Of a stretch of 64,000 bases of DNA, positions 18,929 to 28,247 are shown piece after piece (position 1 is the stretch's first letter; each line of letters opens with the position of its first letter). Source of the stretch: a virus (Duplodnaviria > Caudoviricetes). A program made the translations under genes and the position numbers. A model generated the notes under the pieces. That model had not been told where the DNA came from, did not search any database, and saw only the letters and a program-made list of their open reading frames with translations. The stretch covers positions 1 through 64,000 of IMG/VR virus record IMGVR_UViG_3300037483_000352; one strand, written 5' to 3'.

Positions 18929-20716
18929 ATGACCACTGAGACACCCCCGATGTACCCGTGCACGGTGTGCGGCCGGACCGACCTGAAGCTGACACAGCAC
19001 TCCAAGATCCGTAAGCACACATCCAACGGGAAGCGCGCGTCCGAGGACAACCCGCACTGCGCCGGGTCGGGCACCGTGCCCGCTGGCAATGGCGCAGCGG
19101 CCCCGCAGAGCGCGTTCCACGCGGCCCCGGTACCGGGTGACCCTGCCGCCGTGGCAGGCCCGGAGCGGGGCGATGTGGCAACCGCCGGTGACGGCAGCTG
19201 GACCAGCCCGGTTGTCCAGGCTGGCTCGGTACCCGACCAGTGCCCTGGCTGCGGTCATGCCGGGCACTCCGGGATCTGCCGTGAGCTGACCATGGACGGT
19301 CCCCCCGGCGATGTGGACGAGTGCGGCTGCCTGGATGACCAAGAACCTGTAGCCGCCGGTGCCGTGGTACGCGTGGCCGACTGCCGCCAGTGCGATCAGG
19401 ACCTCCACGTGTGCCCCGGGTGTGGTGAGCCGGTCAAGCACGGCGTGACCGTGTGCGCCGACTGCAACGCCCCTGACGTCCATGTCGCGGCTCCCCAGAG
19501 TGCGGCCGGGTCGTTCCTCATGGGCACGGCTCACGACGCGTCAGACGGCTACGGGGACGCCATGGATGCCCTCATGGCGGGCGACCGTCCCAGCGACGGC
19601 ACGGACCAGCTCTACAAGAACGGCCGCTACGCGCTGCCGGACCCGGTCACCGGCGTGCCCCGTACCTGGACGCGGTCCACCACCATGGCCGAGACCCTGA
19701 GCGATCTCTACTCGCTGAACCTGTGGAAAGTCCGCATGGCCATGATCGGGGTAACCCGGTTCCCGGACCTGCTGGACGAGCTGCGGGAGATCGACGCCCA
19801 GGACTCCGACGAGGGCAACCTGTCCCCCAAGGTCCACCGGGAGATCCTGAACCGCGTCGGCCTGCGCGCTCAGGATCTCGCCGGTGCCAAGGTCCCCGCG
19901 AGCTGGGGAACCGACATGCACAACAACATCGAGGCCCTGTCCCGGGACGAGATCACCTTGGACGACGTCCCCGAGAAGTACCGTCGCGAGGTCACCGCCT
20001 GGGCCGCCGCCATGAGCGACGCGGACCTGTCGGCCGTTCCCCACCTGATCGAACGCGTGATCTCCGTGCCCCTGTACGGGGTGGCAGGGAGGTTCGACCA
20101 GATCGACCGTATCCACCGTTCCCGGTCCATCCGGCTCGGCAACCGGATTGTCCGGCTGAACGCCGGTGACCACATTCCAGGTGACGTGAAGTCGGGACGT
20201 GACCTTGATTACGGCTGGGGTGAGATCTCCATCCAGATGTCCCTGTACGCGCACGGCGCGCGGGAGGGCAAGGTCGCCAAGTGGGACCCCGAGGGCGGGG
20301 ACGGCGAGGGCGCCTGGGTGTGGGAGGACATCGGCATCCCGGCCAAGTCCATCCGCACAGACGTCGGGGTGGTCATGCACGTGCCGATCGGCGGGGGTCA
20401 GTGCACGCTGCACTGGATCGACCTGGAGGAGGGGTGGAAGGCCGTGCAGCTCTGTGAGGCCGTCAAGGACTGGCGCAGGGCCAAGGGGCTGCACACCCCG
20501 TTCTCGATTGCCGAGGTGCCCACCGGCGAGGCCGCGCGGCCGGTCGTACGTCAGCCGGACTGGGACGAAAAATTCTCAGGTGTGACCACCACGGACCAGG
20601 CCCGCGAGGTCTATCGCGCCTACCTCGCGGCAGGTGGGTCTAAGGGCCTGGAGCTTGCTCGGCTGGTGGACCTGGCCAAGACCCACCTGCGACAGCTCAC
20701 CGAGGAAAGTGCCTGA
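18929..20716 (+). CDS. PD-(D/E)xK (RecB/Cas4-like) exonuclease with Cys-rich N-terminal extension
   Basis: TWTRSTTMA...WGTDMH...VAGRFDQID...GDVKSG...IQMSLYA, typical of actinophage recombination exonucleases. Confidence 0.8.
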   Translation: MTTETPPMYPCTVCGRTDLKLTQHSKIRKHTSNGKRASEDNPHCAGSGTVPAGNGAAAPQSAFHAAPVPGDPAAVAGPERGDVATAGDGSWTSPVVQAGSVPDQCPGCGHAGHSGICRELTMDGPPGDVDECGCLDDQEPVAAGAVVRVADCRQCDQDLHVCPGCGEPVKHGVTVCADCNAPDVHVAAPQSAAGSFLMGTAHDASDGYGDAMDALMAGDRPSDGTDQLYKNGRYALPDPVTGVPRTWTRSTTMAETLSDLYSLNLWKVRMAMIGVTRFPDLLDELREIDAQDSDEGNLSPKVHREILNRVGLRAQDLAGAKVPASWGTDMHNNIEALSRDEITLDDVPEKYRREVTAWAAAMSDADLSAVPHLIERVISVPLYGVAGRFDQIDRIHRSRSIRLGNRIVRLNAGDHIPGDVKSGRDLDYGWGEISIQMSLYAHGAREGKVAKWDPEGGDGEGAWVWEDIGIPAKSIRTDVGVVMHVPIGGGQCTLHWIDLEEGWKAVQLCEAVKDWRRAKGLHTPFSIAEVPTGEAARPVVRQPDWDEKFSGVTTTDQAREVYRAYLAAGGSKGLELARLVDLAKTHLRQLTEESA

Positions 20717-20912
20717 TCAGCGGCCTGTAAAAATTCGTCTGTAGATCACCAACAACGTTCATGGTTTCCGTAGATACCATGAACCCAAGGGGGTCACCGG
20801 TCCACGGGATCTCCCGCCGGATCACCTGTTGAACCGGCACAACTGAACAGCCGGGCCCCGGTCCGCAGCCGGGGGCCCGGCCACCAGATCACCCAACGAA
20901 GATCGGAAACAG

Positions 20913-21464
20913 ATGTCACACCTGCTCACGAAGGAAGGCGGACCGGTAACGGTCACGTCCCGTTTCGTCGCCGTCACCCTCACGTGGGAGACGTCGACCG
21001 GCGGACAGGGCGGCATGAGTGGCGCCTTCAAGAAGTTCAAGGGCGTGAACCTGGACAACGTCGGAATCCTGGTCCAGGGCACCCGGCCGGTGAACTACGC
21101 CGGTCTGGACAACCTCACCCCCGAGGACGGCGTGAGCCACTCCGGGGACGACAAGAAGGGCAAGCGCCCGGAGACGCTCACGGTCGAACCGGCCAAGGTC
21201 CCCGGTCACATCACCGAGGTACTCCTGTCCGTGGCCGCGTTCCAGCCGGGCCAGTCGTTCCGCAACGCCAAGAACGTCCGGGTCACGATCAAGGCGGACG
21301 AGGACTACGTGATCCAGCCGTCCCTGGTCGGCCACGCCAACTTCATCGGCGCCGCCAAGCTCGTGCGCGCCGGTGCGGGGTGGCAGCTCGTTGTGGTCGA
21401 CGAGCACCGCCAGATCGCACAGGGCGACCGCGATTCACTCGTGCTCGCTGCTCAGGGTATGTGA
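20913..21464 (+). CDS. TerD-family protein
   Basis: LTKEGGP...LTWE...GVNLD...AGLDNL...HSGDDKKG...ETLTVEPAKVP...FRNAKN...QGDRDSL, collinear with Streptomyces TerD-domain proteins as recalled. Confidence 0.8.
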   Translation: MSHLLTKEGGPVTVTSRFVAVTLTWETSTGGQGGMSGAFKKFKGVNLDNVGILVQGTRPVNYAGLDNLTPEDGVSHSGDDKKGKRPETLTVEPAKVPGHITEVLLSVAAFQPGQSFRNAKNVRVTIKADEDYVIQPSLVGHANFIGAAKLVRAGAGWQLVVVDEHRQIAQGDRDSLVLAAQGM

Positions 21465-21525
21465 CCTTCACAGCCCGGCACCACACAATCCAGCAGATCA
21501 ACACATCGGCAAAGGATCAAGTCAC

Positions 21526-22074
21526 ATGACGACAGCACCGCAGGACTCCATCGGCGTTCTGATGCAGGGTGGCGGCCAGGGGGCACAGTTCCCCAAGGTC
21601 GGCCACAGCTACTCCGGCACCATCCTCTCGATCGGCAAGCCCCGGCAGCAGACGGATCTGTCCACCGGCAAGCTGAAGACGTTCGAAGACGGCTCGCCCC
21701 GCATGCAGGTTCCGGTGACCCTGGCTACCTCCGCTCGCGGCAAGTTCGTCCGCGAGGACAACAGTTCCCCGTGGGAGCTGGAAGAGATCCCGGACGACGA
21801 CGGGGTCCGCACCCTGTGGGTCGCCGCCGACATGCAGCGCGCCCTGCGGGACGCGGTTCTCAAGGCCCGCAAGGAGTACGGCCTGTCGGCCGAGCAGCTC
21901 CCCGGCCCGGAGGTCGGCGGCCACCTCACCATGACGCGTGGCAAGTCCAAGGCCAAGAAGCAGGCCGGATGGTCCGGGCAGCACACGTTCGACGCGGTGT
22001 ACGTGCCCCGGTCCCAGAACGAGGGCGCTCAGTCGATCATGGACGACGCGGACCCGTTCGCCGACGGCGAATGA
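21526..22074 (+). CDS. single-stranded DNA-binding protein (actinophage type)
   Basis: GGQGAQFPKVG...QQTD...DGSPRMQVPVTLAT...DDDGVRTLWV...VGGHL, acidic tail DDADPF; follows the exonuclease. Confidence 0.7.
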   Translation: MTTAPQDSIGVLMQGGGQGAQFPKVGHSYSGTILSIGKPRQQTDLSTGKLKTFEDGSPRMQVPVTLATSARGKFVREDNSSPWELEEIPDDDGVRTLWVAADMQRALRDAVLKARKEYGLSAEQLPGPEVGGHLTMTRGKSKAKKQAGWSGQHTFDAVYVPRSQNEGAQSIMDDADPFADGE

Positions 22075-22125
22075 CGGACTCCCCGCCCGTCCTTTCTGAC
22101 GCCAGGGACGGTCGGGGTGCATAGC

Positions 22126-22167
22126 CGGTGGCCCCCTTATGACTAGCCCGTCGTAAGGGGGCCACCG
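22126..22167 (+). terminator. 18-bp-stem hairpin, putative terminator, within a hairpin cluster
   Basis: CGGTGGCCCCCTTATGAC-TAGCCC-GTCGTAAGGGGGCCACCG just downstream of the SSB gene. Confidence 0.6.
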
Positions 22168-22292
22168 TGCACCACAGCGGGGTCGCTGGGCTCCGCAGGG
22201 GACCGGGTGGGTGCCCGCGTACCACCCCGGTTCCGTACCGCGCTCAGACGGCCGCACAGACATTTCGATCAAGTAAGGACTTGAGGTTGATC

Positions 22293-23869
22293 ATGCGTAA
22301 GAAGGACAAGCCGGAGACGCCGCGCCAGGCCGGTACCTGGCAGAACACCAAGACCAAGTACCTCGCCGCCGGGCTGTGCAACGGGTGCGCGGGGCAGGCC
22401 GCGTACGGCCACCAGATGGGCTTCCACCGGATCCACGCGCCCTGCCCGGACGATGCGGGCAGGACCCTGCCGGACGCGCTGACCGCGCGGCACGGCGACC
22501 GTGGCGCGCGCTGGCTGCGCGGCGAGTTCCACCTGGTAACCGAGCAGGTGGCCCGATGAGGGAAGAAATCTGGGTCCTGATTGACACGGTGTCCACGCTT
22601 CACGAGGTGGGTGTCCGGGTGTGTGGCACCACCAAAGATCACAACATGGCGCGTGACTGGTCGTACTCCCGGCCGACGCGCAACGCGATCAAGGTTCCCA
22701 TGAATGGCCTCGCCGATGGCGAGGTGCTGTGACCGTGAACGGCGAACGGCCCAAGGGCGGACGGCGGCCCGAGGACTTTCCCGAGGCGAGGGCCCGGGAC
22801 AGGGCGGTCCTGGAGTACGTGCGGGACGATCGGTACGGACTGCCGCACCTGCGCAACAAGGCCACCCGGAACATGATCGCGTACGACCTGGACGAGGACA
22901 ATCCGCGATTGATCAGCCGGTCCCTGGAACGGCTCAAGCGCCGGGGACTGGTCCGGCACGTAGCCAAGGGCAACGAGGGACACGGCTACTGGGTCGCGGT
23001 ACGCGACGGTGAAACGACCGAGGAAGGAGGGCAGGAGCGATGAGCAGTGAGACCGAGGGCCCCCGGTGCGGAGCGTCGATCCTGCGCCCCGGTGGGGGGC
23101 GCCGCCGGGCATGCGTGCTGGCCGCCGGTCACTACAACGGCCCGGCAACCGGGACCCATCTGGGCCAGCACGCCATGACCGATCGCGAGAGCTGGCACAC
23201 GGACTGCCCGCAGGTGACCGGTATGAACCGGCCGCTGGACGACCACGATCACCGCCACCTCGGGGGAGTGCCGCCGGAGACGTGCATGGTGTGGGCCGAC
23301 ACTGCCGACGGCGCCACACCGTCCGAGGTGACGGTCAGCCAGCCGGATCCCGACTCCGAGATCCGTAAAGGGACCGGCCGGACCGTGACGGATCTGGGCA
23401 ACTACGAAGCGACCGTCATGATCGGCGGCGCCAGTATGCGGGCGCGCGGCCCCGCTCGGTTCGTGGCCTACCTGGTCCGCGAGTTCGCGACCGCGTTCGA
23501 AGAGGAGTCGGAGCGATGAACTGGAAGATCTTCCGGCAGCGATCGGTCACGTACACCCCGACGCTCCGGACCTCCGTACATCCACCGGAACCCCCGCCCG
23601 CCGTGCTGCCGGTTCACAAGATCCAGGTGACCGAGGGCATGAGCCACGACGAACTCAAGAAGATCGTCCTCCCCGAGGGTGCGCGCGTCGACCCCGGACC
23701 GCTGCCGGTCGAAGCTCAGATCATCCTCCGGGTCATGGGCGAAGACCTGGCCACGGCGGACGAACTGATCAAGGGCATGCGGCCGGTCGACCGTGCCGTT
23801 CTGGTCTTCTACGCGGACGAGATCCACAACAGGGTGAACAAGATCAACGAAGACGAGGGGAGGTACTGA
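22293..23869 (+). other. five hypothetical genes (22293-22559, 22556-22732, 22729-23043 wHTH-like, 23040-23519, 23516-23869)
   Basis: 4-nt overlaps throughout; 22729-23043 has LISRSLERLKRRGLV, which is wHTH-like. Confidence 0.55.
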
Positions 23870-23871
23870 CC

Positions 23872-24369
23872 ATGCTGACCATGACCTTGGCAGGCGGACA
23901 CGACCACGTGGTCACGCCCGGGGACCTGGAAAGGTTCTGGGTGAAGGTCGACAAGTCGGGTCCCGTCCCGCCTGCGAGGCCAGATCTCGGGCCGTGCTGG
24001 TTGTGGACAGCAAAGATCAATCAGTACGGGTACGGGGATTTCGGGCTCCGGTCGCGGTTGGTGAAAGCTCATCGACTCAGCTATACGATCTTGGTCGGCA
24101 GCATTCCGGACGGCTTGACGTTGGACCACTTGTGCCGCGTTCGAAACTGCGTGAACCCCCGTCATCTGGAAGCCGTCACCCAGCGCGTGAACACGCTCCG
24201 AGGTGACGGGTTCGCGGCTGATCACGCTGCCAAGACCAAGTGCCCGAATGACCATCCGTACGACGAAGCCAACACCTACGTGAGCAATGTCAACGGGAGG
24301 CACTGCCGTACCTGCCACAGGGACCGCGAACGAGCCCGTAAGAGGGAGATCAGGAAGAGGGGTGAGTGA
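23872..24369 (+). CDS. HNH endonuclease
   Basis: RFWVKVDK...CWLWTA...GYG...KAHRLSY...LDHLCRVRNCVNPRHLEAVTQRVN. Confidence 0.92.
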   Translation: MLTMTLAGGHDHVVTPGDLERFWVKVDKSGPVPPARPDLGPCWLWTAKINQYGYGDFGLRSRLVKAHRLSYTILVGSIPDGLTLDHLCRVRNCVNPRHLEAVTQRVNTLRGDGFAADHAAKTKCPNDHPYDEANTYVSNVNGRHCRTCHRDRERARKREIRKRGE

Positions 24370-25469
24370 CCATGTCGGATCGGCGCGGTACCCCGGCGTA
24401 CGTGCAGCGGATCATCACCGCCATTGCAGGTGTCTTGACGGTCTTCCTGACGGCCGTGGCGTTCTGGCTATCATTTGAGCACCTGCACGACGTGGCCGCC
24501 GACCATGGTCTGTCGGGGGTCCGCGCGTGGGCATGGCCTGCCACCCTGGACACGTTCATCGTGATCGGTGAGGTGCTGATCCTCCGCGCGTCGATCGTCC
24601 AGAAGGTGGACGCCTGGGCGTGGTGCTGCGCGGCAGCCGGGTCCCTCGGTTCGATCACGCTCAACGTGGTCGGGGTCGGGGCCGACGCCGGGGCGCTGGA
24701 CTACACCGTCGCCGCCGTTCCTCCGGTGGCCGCGCTGTTCGCCTTCGGGATCCTGATGCGTCAGTTGCACCAGGCGCTCGCGTCGTACATGACCAAGGCC
24801 GACCCGGTGGACGTCATCGCTGGTGCGTTCGATGTCCCCCGGGACCTGATCATGGGAGACGCCGATGGGGGTCCGGAGCCTGAGTACGACGCGTCAGGAC
24901 TGCCGGTCAACGATCGTCCTGGGGACGAGGAAACGACCGGCATGGACGCCGGTATCGGCTACCTCCGGGGGACACCGATCGACGTGTCCGACGCCGTTGT
25001 CCCGGGCGCTTGGGACGAAGAGATGCGTGCCCGGCTGGCATCCCTGCCGGACGCGTCCTTGTCCCTGGACCTGACTCCGTACCCGGTCTACGCGGACAGT
25101 GTCCCCGCGCGGCCGACCGTGGCCCCGGTCAACGGGACACCCCGGCCGGGACATGTCCCGGACAGGGGACACGGGGACACAGCCGCGCGGGGACAGACGG
25201 CCGTCTCCCGGCCTGTCCCCGGGACAGGGGACACGGATGCCGGGGACATGGGGACAGGCCCCGGACAGTCCCGGACAGTCCCGGACAGTCCCGGACAGCG
25301 CCGGACACGGGCCGCCCGGACAGGTCTCACCCAGCGGGTCAGGGACATGTTGGAGATCAACCCCGGTATGACCAACGAGGACGTCCGGGACGCGTGTCCC
25401 GGCGACAACCCGGACAGCGTCAAGAAGTCGATCAGCCGGGTAAGGAGGGAGCTGGGCGAGACAAGCTGA
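24366..25469 (+). CDS. DUF2637-like membrane protein (Streptomyces plasmid Spd-type) with repeat linker and C-terminal HTH-like region
   Basis: AFWLSFEHLHDVAA..GL...AWAWPATLD...SITLNV...VAAVPPVAALF, four predicted TM segments; PDSPGQSRTV repeats. Confidence 0.8.
   Translation: MTMSDRRGTPAYVQRIITAIAGVLTVFLTAVAFWLSFEHLHDVAADHGLSGVRAWAWPATLDTFIVIGEVLILRASIVQKVDAWAWCCAAAGSLGSITLNVVGVGADAGALDYTVAAVPPVAALFAFGILMRQLHQALASYMTKADPVDVIAGAFDVPRDLIMGDADGGPEPEYDASGLPVNDRPGDEETTGMDAGIGYLRGTPIDVSDAVVPGAWDEEMRARLASLPDASLSLDLTPYPVYADSVPARPTVAPVNGTPRPGHVPDRGHGDTAARGQTAVSRPVPGTGDTDAGDMGTGPGQSRTVPDSPGQRRTRAARTGLTQRVRDMLEINPGMTNEDVRDACPGDNPDSVKKSISRVRRELGETS
25090..25420. repeat. dense GGGACA/CCGGACAG repeat tract, including (CCGGACAGTC)x3
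   Basis: About 20 GGACA copies by eye in ~330 bp inside the CDS. Confidence 0.85.
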
Positions 25470-25524
25470 CGGACCCCGGGGGCACCGCGCCCCACATGAT
25501 CGAACCTGAGCGAGAGGCACCATC

Positions 25525-26013
25525 ATGGCGACACCGCCTGTAGCACCGGCCAAGAAGGCCACCACACCGCGCAAGACCACCACCGGCGGATCCCGCCCCG
25601 TGCCCGAGGATTCCGGACCGGTGTCCAGCGGCAGCGACAAGCTTGACGCTCTCGTCCGCGCGCTGGACGACGTGGAGCTGTCCGACCAGCACTCGCTGAA
25701 CGCCTTCTGCGAGGCGCTCCGCAAGCTGGCCAGCCGCCTGGCCGTGGAGACCGCCATCGGATCCGGGCAGCTCACGGCCGGAGCCAAGGTCATGGCCAAG
25801 GGCACCGGTAACCCGCTGCTCATGGGCCTGGACGTCCGGCTCAAGATGCGCAAGGTCACCAAGGCACTGGACTCCGCGAGTGACCACCTCGGGGACGCCG
25901 CAGCCCAGGCCGTCACGGCATGGTCCGTGTTCGAGGCCGAGTTCGAAGAAGCCCTGAACAAGTCGGCCCGGAAGGCCGCCACCCCCAGGGGCTTCACGAT
26001 CAAGGAGGACTGA
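25525..26013 (+). CDS. plasmid transfer protein, TraA-like
   Basis: SLNAFCEALRKLASRLAVE...RLKMRKVTKALDSASDHLGDAAAQAVTAWSVFEAEF; lies immediately upstream of traB, as on Streptomyces plasmids. Confidence 0.65.
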   Translation: MATPPVAPAKKATTPRKTTTGGSRPVPEDSGPVSSGSDKLDALVRALDDVELSDQHSLNAFCEALRKLASRLAVETAIGSGQLTAGAKVMAKGTGNPLLMGLDVRLKMRKVTKALDSASDHLGDAAAQAVTAWSVFEAEFEEALNKSARKAATPRGFTIKED

Positions 26014-26015
26014 CC

Positions 26016-28061
26016 ATGGGCAGGCAGGGCGTCCGACGTGGACCAGTGAGGACCCGGGGGTTCGGGCTCGGAGAGCTGGCAGGCTCCCGTGTGCTCCCGT
26101 ACCTGGTGCCCTGGCTGCTGTGCGTCCTGGCCATGCCGGTCGCCCTGCTTGCCCGCTGGCGCTGGGGGGACGACCCCCGGATGACGGCGGTCATGGGGGC
26201 TACGGCCGTGTTCCTGTCCGGCATGACGTATGTCACCTGGGGACGCCGCCACCGGCACACCCGGAACACGGCGACCCTGGTTGCCGGGGTCGTCCTCGGG
26301 TGGACAGCCGTTGCTGTGTCCGGGGATCCGTTGTCCCGGGGGACACTGGACGCGTGGATCATCGGGACAGTCATCGTGTCTGTCTCCTGGGATGTCCGGT
26401 ACGCAGCATGGTCTGTCCCCCACGAGGAGGACAAGTCGGGGGACAACGAAGATCCTTTGTTCAGCCGGATCAAGTCCCTGAACGGCGCGAGGACAAAGAA
26501 GATCAAGGAGACACCTGGACGGGTCGAGGCGCAGATCCGGCTGAAGCCCGGGGAGCACACGATGTCCGAGGTCCAGGGGGACAAAGAGCGGATAGCTCAG
26601 ATCGTCGGCATGGGGACAGAGGACATCACGGTGACCGGTGTCCCGGGACACGCGGACACCGTGACCATGTCCTTCCAGTTCGCCAACGGGCTGCGCCGGT
26701 CGATCTACTGGAACGGCCCGTCCATGGCCGGTGGCTCGGTCTATGACGCGCCCCTGCGGCCGGGCATCCGGGCGGACGGAAAGGATCTGGCCCTATGGCT
26801 GTGCGGGGACAGCTCCGCAGACCCCGTGCGGCAGCTCACCCATTGCCTGGCTACCGGGGTGACCGGATCCGGCAAGACGGAGACGGTGAAGACCGTGATC
26901 CTGGACGGCCGGTGGCGCCGGGACTTCGTTCCGATCGTCGCCGACCCGGCCAAGTTCAATCAGTCGTTCGGGGACATCAAGGAGTGCCTGGAGCTGTACG
27001 CGGACGGTCCGGAACAATGCGCCCGGCTGGTCCGTAATCTGAAGGACACGATCCTGTACCGCGCACAGATCTTCGGGGAGCTGACCAGGTCGGACGGCAC
27101 CCAGGGCTACTCACAGTGGGAGCCGGAGCTGTGGACCCTGCACGGCATCCCCCTGGTTTTCATCGACCTGGAGGAGGCCGCCGACCTGGTGGACTCCGAT
27201 CTCGATGATCCGGTCCGTAAGGCCCGGTCAGTCGGGATCTTCCTGTGGGTGTCGCTTCAGACGGCGATCTTCCAGAACCTGGACCGCAAGACCCGGGGGC
27301 AGTTCGGGCAGTCCGCGTGCCACGGAATGAACGAGATGCAGGACGCCAAGTTCGGACTGAACGCCAACACGATCAACGCCGGGGCCGACCCCACGAAGTG
27401 GGGAGCGGACAGCGCGGGATCTTTCTACGCGGAGTTCACCGGGACACCGAAGAACGAATGGCCGGTGGATGCGCGTGCGTACGCCTGGGGACGCAACGAG
27501 TCCGAAGCCAGGCAGGCCCGGCGCGCGGAGATGACGGCGTCCCGGGACGCGGGTGTCTGGGCTGTCCTGGACGAGGGGACATCCGACTATCTGTCCCGTG
27601 GGCTGTCTGTCCCCTGCGGGGACACAGCCGCTGTCCCCTGCGGGGACACCACGACTGTCCCTGTCCCGGGGGACACGGGGGCGGGATACACCGCGACTGT
27701 CCCGGCAGGGGACAACGAGGACAAGATCACCCAACTGAAGGAAAGGCCCGAAGTGACACAGGAGATCGCACCCCCGAAGCACGACGTCGTGTTCTCCCTG
27801 GGTGTCCCCCAGAACGACGTGACCACCGAGCAGGCACGGAAGATCATCGAGGACAGGATCGACGAGATGGAGGCCGGTGGCCGGGACATGGTGGGCTACC
27901 GGGACATTGCCGACCTGGCCGCCAAGTGCGGACGCCGCCGGTCGTGGCTGTACAAGGAACTGGCGCGGCTGGTCGAGGCCGGACGGCTGGAGCAGGGGGT
28001 GAAGCCGCCATACCGGATCAAGCCCCGTATCCAGAACGGGCACCGGGTTCCGGTGAGCTGA
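26016..28061 (+). CDS. traB: TraB-like FtsK/SpoIIIE conjugative DNA translocase
   Basis: N-terminal TM segments, Walker A GVTGSGKT, Walker B IDLEEA, VSLQTA, C-terminal wHTH (GRRRSWLYKELARLVEAGRL). Confidence 0.88.
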   Translation: MGRQGVRRGPVRTRGFGLGELAGSRVLPYLVPWLLCVLAMPVALLARWRWGDDPRMTAVMGATAVFLSGMTYVTWGRRHRHTRNTATLVAGVVLGWTAVAVSGDPLSRGTLDAWIIGTVIVSVSWDVRYAAWSVPHEEDKSGDNEDPLFSRIKSLNGARTKKIKETPGRVEAQIRLKPGEHTMSEVQGDKERIAQIVGMGTEDITVTGVPGHADTVTMSFQFANGLRRSIYWNGPSMAGGSVYDAPLRPGIRADGKDLALWLCGDSSADPVRQLTHCLATGVTGSGKTETVKTVILDGRWRRDFVPIVADPAKFNQSFGDIKECLELYADGPEQCARLVRNLKDTILYRAQIFGELTRSDGTQGYSQWEPELWTLHGIPLVFIDLEEAADLVDSDLDDPVRKARSVGIFLWVSLQTAIFQNLDRKTRGQFGQSACHGMNEMQDAKFGLNANTINAGADPTKWGADSAGSFYAEFTGTPKNEWPVDARAYAWGRNESEARQARRAEMTASRDAGVWAVLDEGTSDYLSRGLSVPCGDTAAVPCGDTTTVPVPGDTGAGYTATVPAGDNEDKITQLKERPEVTQEIAPPKHDVVFSLGVPQNDVTTEQARKIIEDRIDEMEAGGRDMVGYRDIADLAAKCGRRRSWLYKELARLVEAGRLEQGVKPPYRIKPRIQNGHRVPVS

Positions 28062-28069
28062 CCATGGTC

Positions 28070-28157
28070 CGTCCGGGGGACGTCCAGATCATCGGGCGTC
28101 CCTCGTCCGGGGGATGTTCCGTTTCGTCCACCGTCCCTCGTCCGGGGGATTGTTCCG
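28070..28157 (+). repeat. three CGTCCGGGGGA direct repeats downstream of traB; candidate clt
   Basis: Copies at 28070, 28104 and 28139; the last two extend to CGTCCCTCGTCCGGGGGAT(T)GTTCCG. Confidence 0.6.
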
Positions 28158-28247
28158 GAACAGATCACATCTCCCACCTAGGTATATCCGTGCGGAACAC
28201 GCCGCACGTCCACGGTCCGCGTCCAGCGGGCACCCAAGGAGACAACC

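Noticed and set aside
18929-20716. Cas4-like nuclease as evidence of a CRISPR system
   Set aside because: Context (helicase, SSB) and motifs fit a phage recombination exonuclease; no array or other cas genes.
25261-25310. Tandem 10-bp repeats as a possible CRISPR array
   Set aside because: No unique spacers, units far too short, inside a CDS, and no cas operon.
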